Assembly: GCF_016403105.1 (NCBI RefSeq)
Contig: NZ_CP046155.1
Location: forward strand, 2,353,906 to 2,385,905
Reading direction: 5' to 3'
DNA: 32,000 nt
Origin: Leptolyngbya sp. BL0902
Lineage (GTDB): Bacteria > Cyanobacteriota > Cyanobacteriia > Phormidesmidales > Phormidesmidaceae
Positions 1 through 8,128 of the stretch are shown here, piece after piece. A model generated the notes under the pieces. The model saw nothing but the letters and a program-made list of their open reading frames with translations. It made no database searches and had not been told where the DNA came from. The translations under genes were made by a program, and so were the position numbers. Positions within the stretch are counted from its first letter, which is position 1; each line of letters opens with the position of its first letter.

Positions 1-974
1 CGGCCCTGCTGGTGCTGTGGGTGGGGGCCTACCTGGTGCTGAAGGGCGAGCTTACCCTAGGTCAGCTGATCGCCTTTCGGATTATTTCCGGCTATGTGAC
101 TGCGCCGATTTTGCGCCTCGCCCAGCTCTGGCAAAACTTCCAGGAAACCGCCCTGTCCCTAGAGCGTCTCTCCGACATCATCGACCATCCCCAAGAAACC
201 GACGTCCACGACGCCCAGCAAATCCCGATGCCGGACATTGTGGGCCAAGTCAGCTTTGAGAATGTGGCCTTCCGGTTTGGTCCCTCCGGCCCCATGCAGT
301 TGGTCAACATCAACCTGGAGTTTCCCTCCGGCATCTTCATCGGCATCGTCGGCCAAAGCGGCTCCGGCAAAAGTACCCTGATGAAGCTGCTGCCTCGGCT
401 GTACGAAGTGGAATCGGGCCGCATCCTGATCGACCAGTACGACATCAGCAAAGTGGAACTGCATTCCCTGCGGCGGCAGATTGGCATTGTGCCCCAGGAC
501 AGCCTGCTGTTTGAGGGCACCATCCAGGAAAACATCTCCCTCACCAACCCCAACGCCGACGCCAAGGCCATCCTAGAAGCCGCTCGCATTGCCTGCTGCC
601 ACGACTTCATCATGGAACTGCCCCTCGGCTACAACACCCGCATCGGCGAACGGGGGGCCAGTCTCTCCGGGGGCCAACGCCAGCGTATCGCCATCGCCCG
701 CACCATCCTGCAAAACCCCCGCCTGCTGATTATGGACGAGGCCACCAGCGCCCTCGACTACGACACCGAGCACCAGGTTTCCCTCAACCTCCATGCCTGG
801 GCCAAGGGGCGCACCGTGTTCTTCATCACCCACCGACTGAACACCATCAAACAGGCCGACCAAATCCTGGTGATGGATCAGGGTTCCGCCGTGGAACAGG
901 GCACCCACCGGGAACTGATGGAACTCCAAGGCCGCTACTACACCCTCTATCAGCAGCAGTCCAGCATGATGTAG
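1..974 (+). CDS. ABC transporter permease/ATP-binding protein, HlyB-like type I secretion exporter (5'-partial, codon phase starts at nt 3)
   Basis: The frame is open to the window edge; ALLVLWVGAYLVLKGELTLGQLIAF looks like the end of an exporter transmembrane domain. Walker A GQSGSGKST, ABC signature LSGGQRQRIAIAR, Walker B LLIMDEATSALD and H-loop ITHRL are present. An HlyD-family gene follows 63 nt downstream. Confidence 0.9.
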   Translation, partial: ALLVLWVGAYLVLKGELTLGQLIAFRIISGYVTAPILRLAQLWQNFQETALSLERLSDIIDHPQETDVHDAQQIPMPDIVGQVSFENVAFRFGPSGPMQLVNINLEFPSGIFIGIVGQSGSGKSTLMKLLPRLYEVESGRILIDQYDISKVELHSLRRQIGIVPQDSLLFEGTIQENISLTNPNADAKAILEAARIACCHDFIMELPLGYNTRIGERGASLSGGQRQRIAIARTILQNPRLLIMDEATSALDYDTEHQVSLNLHAWAKGRTVFFITHRLNTIKQADQILVMDQGSAVEQGTHRELMELQGRYYTLYQQQSSMM

Positions 975-1037
975 CCCTCACCCCCAGCCCCTAATCCCCG
1001 CTCCCCACTCCCCACTCCTTCATTCCCCCCAAACGCC

Positions 1038-2612
1038 ATGGTACGCATCCAAGCCTTCCCCCCCGGTCAACAGCCCAACGGCAGCAGCCCCAATGGTCAC
1101 AACGGCCATAGCCCTAATGGCCATAGCCCCAATGGCCATAGTGGCGATGCGGTGCTGTCTACCACGCCTTCGCGGCAGCTAGAGACCTTTGATAAGCCCG
1201 TGATTTTGCGTCAGTCGCCCCGGTGGTCGCGGGCGGTGGTGTGGAGCATTGTGGGTGTCACCACGGCCACTGTGGCCTGGTCGTTTTTGGCGAAGTTCGA
1301 GCAGGCGATTCCGGCCCAGGGCAAGCTCGAACCCCAGGCGATGGTGCAGCCCGTCCAGGCTCCGGTGGGGGGCGTGGTGCAGCAGGTGCATGTGCAGGAA
1401 GGGCAGGCGGTGCAGCGGGGCGATTTGTTGATCAGCCTCGATCCCCGCACCAGTCAGGCCCAGTTGGCGTCTCTCCAGGCTATTCAGACCAAGATTAACG
1501 AGGAAAACGCCTTCTATCGGTCGCAACTGGCGGATCAGACGGGGGTGGCGGCTCCGGCGGAAATTTCCCCTAGCCTGGTGCAGCTCACCAGTAATCGCTC
1601 GGCCCTGATGGCCGAAAACGCCCTCTACCGCGCCCAACTGGCCGGAGACACCACCGGGGCCAGCCTCAGCCCCGCCCAGCGAGAACGCCTGCAAGCGGCC
1701 AACGCCGACCTCGATTCTCGCCTCAGCATTGCCCGCCTAGAGGTGGAGCAGTTCAAACGTCAGCTCACCCAAACCCAGGCCCAACTGGCCAACGCGCGAC
1801 AGGATTTAGCCCTCAACCAAGACATTCTGATTCGGGTACAAAGCCTGCAATCTGAGGGCGGGATCGGCGAAATTCCGCTGTTACAACAGGGCCAAGAGGT
1901 GAAGAACAAGCAAACCGAGGTCAACCGCTTGGTGGAAGAAGAACAGCGCTTGATGGTGGCCATTGCCCAGGCCGAAGAAAAATTCCGCAACACCCAAACC
2001 ACCTCCCAGGATGATCTTCAGCGCCGCATTGCCCTCAACGATAACCAAATTGCCAACATTGACAGTCAGCTCACCAAAACCATCCTAGAAAACGACAAAC
2101 GCCTGCAAGAGGTAGAAAGCCAAATCACCGAGCTACAGCAAACCCTGGTGTATCAAGAACTACGGGCTCCCATCAACGGCACCGTGTTTAACCTCAAGGC
2201 CAACCAACCGGGCTTTGTCACCAATTCCACCGAGCCGATTATGGAGATTGTGCCCGACGATGCCCTAGTGGCGCGGGTATTCATCACCAATCGCGACATT
2301 GGTTTTGTGGAGCCGGGAATGCGCGTGGATGTGCGGATTGACTCCTTCCCCTACAGCGAATTTGGCGACGTGAAGGGCACCCTCACCCACATTGGTTCCG
2401 ATGCCCTCCCCCCCGACCAAATCAACCCCCAATACCGCTTCCCGGCAGATATCACCCTGGAGGAACAGTTCATTGTCATCAATGGCCAACCCGTTCAATT
2501 GCAGTCGGGGATGTCCCTCAATGCCAACATCAAAACCCGCCCCAAACGGGTGATTATGATCTTCGCTGACCTGTTCACCCGCAAGATCGACAGCCTCAAG
2601 ACCGGGCGCTAG
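1038..2612 (+). CDS. HlyD-family type I secretion membrane-fusion (periplasmic adaptor) protein
   Basis: 524 aa. It has one N-terminal TM helix (AVVWSIVGVTTATVAWSFLA), a lipoyl-like segment (GGVVQQVHVQEGQAVQRGDLLISLD), a long Q/L/E-rich coiled-coil centre and a C-terminal beta-domain. It lies immediately downstream of the ABC exporter. Confidence 0.85.
   Translation: MVRIQAFPPGQQPNGSSPNGHNGHSPNGHSPNGHSGDAVLSTTPSRQLETFDKPVILRQSPRWSRAVVWSIVGVTTATVAWSFLAKFEQAIPAQGKLEPQAMVQPVQAPVGGVVQQVHVQEGQAVQRGDLLISLDPRTSQAQLASLQAIQTKINEENAFYRSQLADQTGVAAPAEISPSLVQLTSNRSALMAENALYRAQLAGDTTGASLSPAQRERLQAANADLDSRLSIARLEVEQFKRQLTQTQAQLANARQDLALNQDILIRVQSLQSEGGIGEIPLLQQGQEVKNKQTEVNRLVEEEQRLMVAIAQAEEKFRNTQTTSQDDLQRRIALNDNQIANIDSQLTKTILENDKRLQEVESQITELQQTLVYQELRAPINGTVFNLKANQPGFVTNSTEPIMEIVPDDALVARVFITNRDIGFVEPGMRVDVRIDSFPYSEFGDVKGTLTHIGSDALPPDQINPQYRFPADITLEEQFIVINGQPVQLQSGMSLNANIKTRPKRVIMIFADLFTRKIDSLKTGR
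1086..1139 (+). repeat. In-frame 15-nt tandem repeat (agccc[c/t]aatgg[c/t]ca[c/t]) encoding SPNGH units in the HlyD N-terminus
   Basis: Units lie at 1086-1100, 1110-1124 and 1125-1139, with a 9-nt partial unit at 1101-1109. The protein reads SPNGHNGHSPNGHSPNGHSG. Confidence 0.85.
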
Positions 2613-2703
2613 GACAGGCCCCGCTGGAGACGCGATGGGTAAGATCTCGCCCCAACAGGGAGTAACCCATCGCCAGCCCCCAGCCATGGCGTTATTCATG
2701 GCG

Positions 2704-3393
2704 CTATGGAGCCCACCCAATGAGGTTGAGGTCGGTGAGCCAGTCGGCCAACCCATTGAGGATAAGCTGCACCCCAATGGCCATCACAAACAGCCCCAGC
2801 AGGCGGCTCATGGCCTGGATGCCGCTTGCGCCGAGTATCTTCAGCAGCAGGCTGGAACTGCGAAGGGCCAAAAAAATACTCAGCCCCACCAGGGCAATGG
2901 CCGTAGCCGCCGCCAGCAGGTGCAGCACCAGGGGTAAGGACGTAGCTGTGCGGGTTTGGGCCGCTAGGCCAACGGTGACGGCAATCGCTCCCGGCCCCGC
3001 CAGTAGAGGAATGGTCATGGGCATAAAGGAAATGTCCCGGTGCTGATCCAATCGTTGGGCGGCGTCTTGGTTATCCACCTGATTGAGTTTAGGGTCGGAG
3101 TTCATGGCTTTCCAGGCGGCGTGGAACACCACCATCCCCCCCGCAATGCGCACCACCGCGAGGGAAACCCCGAAAAAGTCGAGCAAGCTGCCGCCAATCA
3201 GCAGCGCCCCCACCAGCAGCAGCACCACGTTGCGGGCAATGGTGACGGCATAGCGATGGCGCAGATCCTTGGGAACTCCGGCGGTGAGCACCAAGAAGAC
3301 AGGCACAGCACCAACCGGATCTACCACCGGAAACAGCGCCGCTATCCCGCCAAGCACGACATCAAAAAAGGGCTGGGCGGTCATGGCATCCAT
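2704..3393 (-). CDS. MarC/UPF0056 family integral membrane protein
   Basis: 229 aa and polytopic. It has the N-terminal FPVVDPVGAVPVFLVLT motif and overall layout typical of MarC-family proteins. The start could be M1 or M4. Confidence 0.7.
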   Translation of the reverse strand: MDAMTAQPFFDVVLGGIAALFPVVDPVGAVPVFLVLTAGVPKDLRHRYAVTIARNVVLLLVGALLIGGSLLDFFGVSLAVVRIAGGMVVFHAAWKAMNSDPKLNQVDNQDAAQRLDQHRDISFMPMTIPLLAGPGAIAVTVGLAAQTRTATSLPLVLHLLAAATAIALVGLSIFLALRSSSLLLKILGASGIQAMSRLLGLFVMAIGVQLILNGLADWLTDLNLIGWAP

Positions 3394-3463
3394 CGGAATT
3401 GAGGGCGAGGGCCAAGCGCAGGGCCGTCAAGGGAGTTGGGGATCGACTGGTCATACCTTCAGG

Positions 3464-3787
3464 TTACTTCCAGGTGCGGTTTTCGAGATCGCGCATTTGT
3501 CGCTCTAGGCGATCTAGCCGTCCACGCAGTTCGTCCATTTCGGCCTGGCGGGGCACGCCCAAATCTTGCAGGGTATTGCGAAATAACCGCTGAAACTGGT
3601 CTTCGAGGGCGGCATTATTGACATTGAGCTGGGCCATCATGTCATCCATAAAGCCCTTGGCCTGCTCTGGGTTAAATTTGCCCTCCCGCACCCAATCCTC
3701 CGTCACCTGCTTCAGCCGCTCGGCCACTAGGGAAGTGGTGCCCACGCCAATCATCAGCAGTTGCCGGAGCAGGTTGTTGGTATCCAT
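3464..3787 (-). CDS. Phasin-like / PHA-granule-associated-like small coiled-coil protein
   Basis: 107 aa. The N-terminal segment is LLMIGVGTTSLVAERLKQVTEDWVREGK and the C-terminal segment is AEMDELRGRLDRLERQMRDLE, a pattern I recognise from COG3937-type phasin-like proteins. Not verified by search. Confidence 0.5.
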   Translation of the reverse strand: MDTNNLLRQLLMIGVGTTSLVAERLKQVTEDWVREGKFNPEQAKGFMDDMMAQLNVNNAALEDQFQRLFRNTLQDLGVPRQAEMDELRGRLDRLERQMRDLENRTWK

Positions 3788-4070
3788 AGGTCAAGCTATC
3801 CTCCGCGAGGGATGGGGTAAACGCGGGCTTCTGGGCAACCCACGGCTCTATTCTGGCAAAGATTGCGGGATTGCTCAGGTATTGAAAGCCGTACTGTGGG
3901 TCAGGGAGAATGGGGAATAGCCTATAGCCCATGTTTCCTTGTCCCAACAGAATCACCGTTGGGGTGGGGATTTTTGGCCCCAGATATGGCCTCATCCAAA
4001 GTTGCCGATTCCAGGAATGGTTGCTGTCAGGGAATGACCTAACTCAGGCATTGCCGATCCCAGGAACCGA

Positions 4071-4847
4071 TTACAGGGAGCTGGAATCCAGGCTGGCGGC
4101 TTCTTCGGGAGATTGGGGCAGGTGCAGGCCGCATTCTTGCTTAAGGCCCTTGAATCGGGTGTCGCGTTCGTTTTTGTCGTTGGCAGAAATGGGGCGGCTA
4201 GAGTGCCAATCGCCCACGGTGACGTAGCCTTTATCAAAGAGAGGATGGTAGGGCAAGTCGTGGGCCACCAGGTATTGGTAGACCTGCTTGGAGGTCCACT
4301 GGAGGATGGGCATGAGTTTGTAGCGTCCGCCCTGGAAGCCCACTCGGCTAAGGGTGCGGCGGTGTTCGGTTTGGTCGGCTCGCAGACCTGCCAGCCAAGC
4401 GGTGGCCCCTAGTTCTGTCAGCGCCCGCTGCATGGGTTCTACCTTGCGGATGTGGTCGTAGCGGTTGAAGGATTCCACATCGTTTTGCTCCCACAGCCGA
4501 CCATAGAGGGCTTCCATGCGGGCGGGGCTGAGGGGAGATTGGTAGACTTTTAGATTCAGGTGCAGCCGCTGGGTGAGTTCTTCGGCAAAACGGTAGGTTT
4601 CTACGGGCAGATACCCGGTATCGACCCAAATGATAGGAATATTGGGCACTACCTGAGTCACCAAGTGCAGCATCACTGCCGACTGGATGCCAAAGCTGGT
4701 ACTCAGCACCAGGCCCTCGCCAAAGGTGTCGTAGCCCCACTGCACCAGGCTGCTCGCATCGGCATCGGCCCACTGCCGATTCACCGCCTCCAAATCGAGG
4801 GCAGGACTAACCGGACGCGGGCTTGGCGATAGCGCGACATCTGACAT
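4071..4847 (-). CDS. cysH: Phosphoadenosine phosphosulfate (PAPS) reductase, thioredoxin-dependent type
   Basis: 258 aa with the C-terminal catalytic ECGLH motif. It lacks the CC...CxxC Fe-S cysteines of APS reductases: it has [12 protein letters not shown] and [11 protein letters not shown] instead, which supports the PAPS type. Confidence 0.9.
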   Translation of the reverse strand: MSDVALSPSPRPVSPALDLEAVNRQWADADASSLVQWGYDTFGEGLVLSTSFGIQSAVMLHLVTQVVPNIPIIWVDTGYLPVETYRFAEELTQRLHLNLKVYQSPLSPARMEALYGRLWEQNDVESFNRYDHIRKVEPMQRALTELGATAWLAGLRADQTEHRRTLSRVGFQGGRYKLMPILQWTSKQVYQYLVAHDLPYHPLFDKGYVTVGDWHSSRPISANDKNERDTRFKGLKQECGLHLPQSPEEAASLDSSSL

Positions 4848-5037
4848 CGGTGGACTCCTAAAGCGCCTTAGTCTATTACCTTATCCTGATTCCTTGGCCA
4901 ACGACAGATTGGATCCTCGGCCCGTTTCACGGCTGTCTCCAGGGGTGGCGCTGGTTGGGTTCTCAGCGATTGCCCTGCCCAACCCACCCCAATTCGGCCT
5001 AAAATCCGTCTTGATTAGATTGTATACAGTAGCGGCT

Positions 5038-5958
5038 ATGACCTTCTCCCACTCCTACCCCCGCGATCTGATGGGCTATGGCCCGACACCGCCCCATCCC
5101 CACTGGCCTGAGAATGCTCGCATTGCGGTGCAGTTTGTCATCAACTACGAGGAGGGCAGCGAAAACTGCATCCTCCACGGCGATGCGGCCTCGGAAACGT
5201 TTTTGTCGGAGACGGTGGGGGCGGCTCCGCTGCCGGGGGTGCGCAATATGAACATGGAGTCGATGTATGAGTACGGCAGTCGGGCAGGCTTTTGGCGGCT
5301 GCATCGGTTGTTCACCAGCCGAGGGCTACCCCTGACGGTCTACGGCGTAGCGATGGCGATGGCCCGCAACCCGGAGGCGGTGGCCGCGATGAACGAGGCC
5401 GGGTGGGAAATTGCCAGCCACGGCTACCGCTGGATTGACTATCAGTACGTTGGCGCTGAGACCGAGCGGGAGCACATTCGCAAGGCGGTGGAGATTCATA
5501 CCCAGGTGGCGGGAACTCGGCCCCTGGGCTTTTACCAAGGCCGCATGAGCCCCAACACCCGCGCCCTGGTCGTCGAAGAAGGCGGTTTTCTCTACGATGC
5601 CGACAGCTACGCCGACGATCTGCCCTACTGGACGTTGGACTACGGCAAACCCCACCTGATCATCCCCTACACCCTCGACAACAACGATATGCGCTTTGCC
5701 ACCTACGCCGGGTTTAACTCAGGGGATCAGTTCTTTGCCTACCTGCGCGATGCCTTTGACACCCTCTACACCGAAGGAGACGAAGCTCCCAAAATGATGA
5801 GCATTGGCCTGCACTGTCGTCTGGCCGGACGCCCCGGACGCGCCGCCGCCCTTGCCCGCTTTTTGGACTACGTGCAGGGCCACGAGCGGGTTTGGGTTTG
5901 CCGTCGGCTAGACATCGCTCGCCACTGGCACCAGCACCATTTCCCCCAGGGGATATAG
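5038..5958 (+). CDS. puuE: Allantoinase PuuE (polysaccharide deacetylase family)
   Basis: From the ATG at 5038 the sequence runs MTFSHSYPRDLMGYGPTPPHPHWPENARIAVQFVINYEEGSENCILHGD...YEYGSRAGFWRL...SHGYRWIDY...IGLHCRLAGRPGR...DIARHW. It closely tracks the PuuE sequence as I remember it. The TTG-extended ORF from 4894 adds a non-conserved leader. Confidence 0.85.
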   Translation: MTFSHSYPRDLMGYGPTPPHPHWPENARIAVQFVINYEEGSENCILHGDAASETFLSETVGAAPLPGVRNMNMESMYEYGSRAGFWRLHRLFTSRGLPLTVYGVAMAMARNPEAVAAMNEAGWEIASHGYRWIDYQYVGAETEREHIRKAVEIHTQVAGTRPLGFYQGRMSPNTRALVVEEGGFLYDADSYADDLPYWTLDYGKPHLIIPYTLDNNDMRFATYAGFNSGDQFFAYLRDAFDTLYTEGDEAPKMMSIGLHCRLAGRPGRAAALARFLDYVQGHERVWVCRRLDIARHWHQHHFPQGI

Positions 5959-6013
5959 GCGTCAGAGGGTTGCTAAGGATGGAGATTCTGGGGTAAGCCC
6001 AACCTCAGGCTAA

Positions 6014-8035
6014 CTAGGGCTTACCCAAGGGTTGGGCAGCGGCGGGAGTTGGGGACGGGCGGGGATAGAGCATGGCGGGGGTGGTGTTTTGCTCGATGGC
6101 GTGCAGCATCTCCCGCATCGTCCCTTCTAGGTTGTCGCCCTGGATATCCACCCGGTAGCGGAAGGGGGAGAGATAGCCCTGGATGCCCTTGTCTTGGCAG
6201 GCCAAATGAAGCTGGCTGAGGGCCACGTGGGGGTCGGCATCGAGGGTTTGGAGGTAGCCGCCAAAGCCCAAAAAGGCCAGCCTGTAGAGGATCTGCTGGG
6301 TGAATTGTCCTTCAAAATAGCCGCCGTGAACATCGCGCTTGCCCAGGGCATAGTCGAGGGTGAGCAGGAAGTAATCCCAGGATTTGAGGACGGGTTTACC
6401 TTTGGCCTGGGTCAGCAGGCCCATGGTTTGGGCAGAGCAAGTGTTGTCGGCGGGGTTGTAGCGCACGTCTACGTAGTCGGTGCAGTCAAAGTAGGTGAAC
6501 AGGTCGGCGATGGTGGCCTGGGTGCTGTCGCCGAAGGGTTCATCTTTGAACAAATCGGCCAGGGTGACGACCTTATTGGCCCGGAACCGCTGGAAGGTGA
6601 GGAAGAGGTATTGCATAACATTTTCTGTCGCCGGGGCCTGGGCGGTCGCCGGGGCAATGGACTCCTCTGATGATGCCTTCTTCTTGGGTGCGTTCTTCTT
6701 GAACAGGTTGTCGAGGGCGTTCAGGTTAATAAAGCCATTGTTAGAGGCACTATCGGCGGCGCTGTCGGAGGGGGATTTCAGCGCCACGTTGCCCAAGCGA
6801 TAGCCCCTGGCCTGGGAGCGGCTGGGGAAGGCAATATAGTTGGCGGCGGTGGAGGCCAACCGCAGAGCAACGTCGCCTTCGCTGGAAAACAGGTAGGACT
6901 CGGAGAATCGCCGCAGGGACGAGGCCAGAAAGTTGGCCCGACTGGTGACAATCGTCAGCACGGGAATATCGGGGGAAGCCAGCACCAAACGCTCTAGCCG
7001 AAACACATCCCCCACATTGCTGTCGGGGCGCTGGCTGATGGAGCTGTTATCAAACACGTCCGACAAAATCCGCACCACATTCGTGACCACAAACGCCCCC
7101 ATGCTGTGGCCAATAAAGCTGAGCTTGACCTTATTCTTTTGGTTGCGCCTTGACCAATAGCCCTTCGCCTGGGCCATGGCTTTGGCCTGATCCACGGGGC
7201 TCCCGTAGGCCATGCCAGGAAACATCTCGGCGGCGGTGCGCTCCACCAGGGCGTGGTCAATTTGGCGCAGCAGTTCAACCAGATCCAGCACCCCAAAGTT
7301 ATTGGCGCGGTAGTTATCCCGAAAATAGACCACCAGCCGCAGCACCACCAGGGCAAACATCAGCAGCCCCAGAGCCGCAGCCAGCCCAAACACCACCGCC
7401 AGCAGCCCACTCCACAGGGTTGCACCCCAGGGCTGAAAATAGAACACCACCAGCAGCACTAGGCCAACAGTCCCGGTGATCAAAATGTCGCGGGGCAGAG
7501 GCGGCAAGGCCCATAGGGCTTCAGAGAGTCGGCTGAGTTTCACATTTTCCGAAGGCCAACGATAGCCAACAAACACCCGATTGGGGTGAGTGGCAATGCT
7601 CTCATCATGGCGGTTTACATACTTAAAAATGTTCTTATACCAAGCCTCCACCCCGCTGCGACTGGTGTTGTAGCCATGCACCGTAATCACCAGTTCGGCG
7701 GTGCCCTCAGGATGGGTGGTCATCATGCGATGGAGGTGATCGGCAATGGCATTTACCCCTTGCTGGGCATAGTCCTGCTGCTGGGCTGGGGTCAATTTGG
7801 GCCGCTCATCCTGGGGCTTCTGGATACCCCGCGTCCCAGGGCGCTGCTTGGGAGGAGCTTTTTCCTCTTCAGGGTCAATATTGGGAGGGGCGCTACTCAT
7901 CACAAAGTAGCCAGGGATGCGGCCTGGAATCCCCTGGGTGTCGTCCATCTCGACAATGGTTGCGTGGCCCTCTGGCTGAAAGACAAACTTTTGAATACTG
8001 AATGGCAGCATAGACGCCATAGACGCACCCCACAA
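6014..8035 (-). CDS. Membrane-anchored alpha/beta hydrolase (DUF900-like) with long C-terminal extension
   Basis: 673 aa. It has the nucleophile elbow GHSMG (SFIGHSMGAFVV), an upstream ITVHGYNTS strand, LVLASPDIP and DVHGGYF. Two strongly hydrophobic helices (ILITGTVGLVLLVVFYF and LLAVVFGLAAALGLLMFALVVLRLVVYF) lie between the first strands and the nucleophile. Confidence 0.6.
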   Translation of the reverse strand: MWGASMASMLPFSIQKFVFQPEGHATIVEMDDTQGIPGRIPGYFVMSSAPPNIDPEEEKAPPKQRPGTRGIQKPQDERPKLTPAQQQDYAQQGVNAIADHLHRMMTTHPEGTAELVITVHGYNTSRSGVEAWYKNIFKYVNRHDESIATHPNRVFVGYRWPSENVKLSRLSEALWALPPLPRDILITGTVGLVLLVVFYFQPWGATLWSGLLAVVFGLAAALGLLMFALVVLRLVVYFRDNYRANNFGVLDLVELLRQIDHALVERTAAEMFPGMAYGSPVDQAKAMAQAKGYWSRRNQKNKVKLSFIGHSMGAFVVTNVVRILSDVFDNSSISQRPDSNVGDVFRLERLVLASPDIPVLTIVTSRANFLASSLRRFSESYLFSSEGDVALRLASTAANYIAFPSRSQARGYRLGNVALKSPSDSAADSASNNGFINLNALDNLFKKNAPKKKASSEESIAPATAQAPATENVMQYLFLTFQRFRANKVVTLADLFKDEPFGDSTQATIADLFTYFDCTDYVDVRYNPADNTCSAQTMGLLTQAKGKPVLKSWDYFLLTLDYALGKRDVHGGYFEGQFTQQILYRLAFLGFGGYLQTLDADPHVALSQLHLACQDKGIQGYLSPFRYRVDIQGDNLEGTMREMLHAIEQNTTPAMLYPRPSPTPAAAQPLGKP

Positions 8036-8128
8036 ACAACAACCGTGGAACCCATCGGGGCATCCCCCGTTGTTCCCAGGGTAGCCGACCCCTTCTCGTT
8101 GGCACCCCTTCGATTTACGAAATGTAGG

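Noticed and set aside
3672-3995. 107-aa minus-strand ORF overlapping the phasin-like gene start and the cysH-proximal spacer
   Set aside because: It overlaps a better-supported gene in another frame. Its sequence is Pro/Gly-rich without motifs.
4894-5037. N-terminal 48-codon extension of puuE from a TTG at 4894
   Set aside because: The PuuE-like similarity begins right at the ATG at 5038 (MTFSHSYPRDL...). The extension has no recognisable function and starts with a rare codon.
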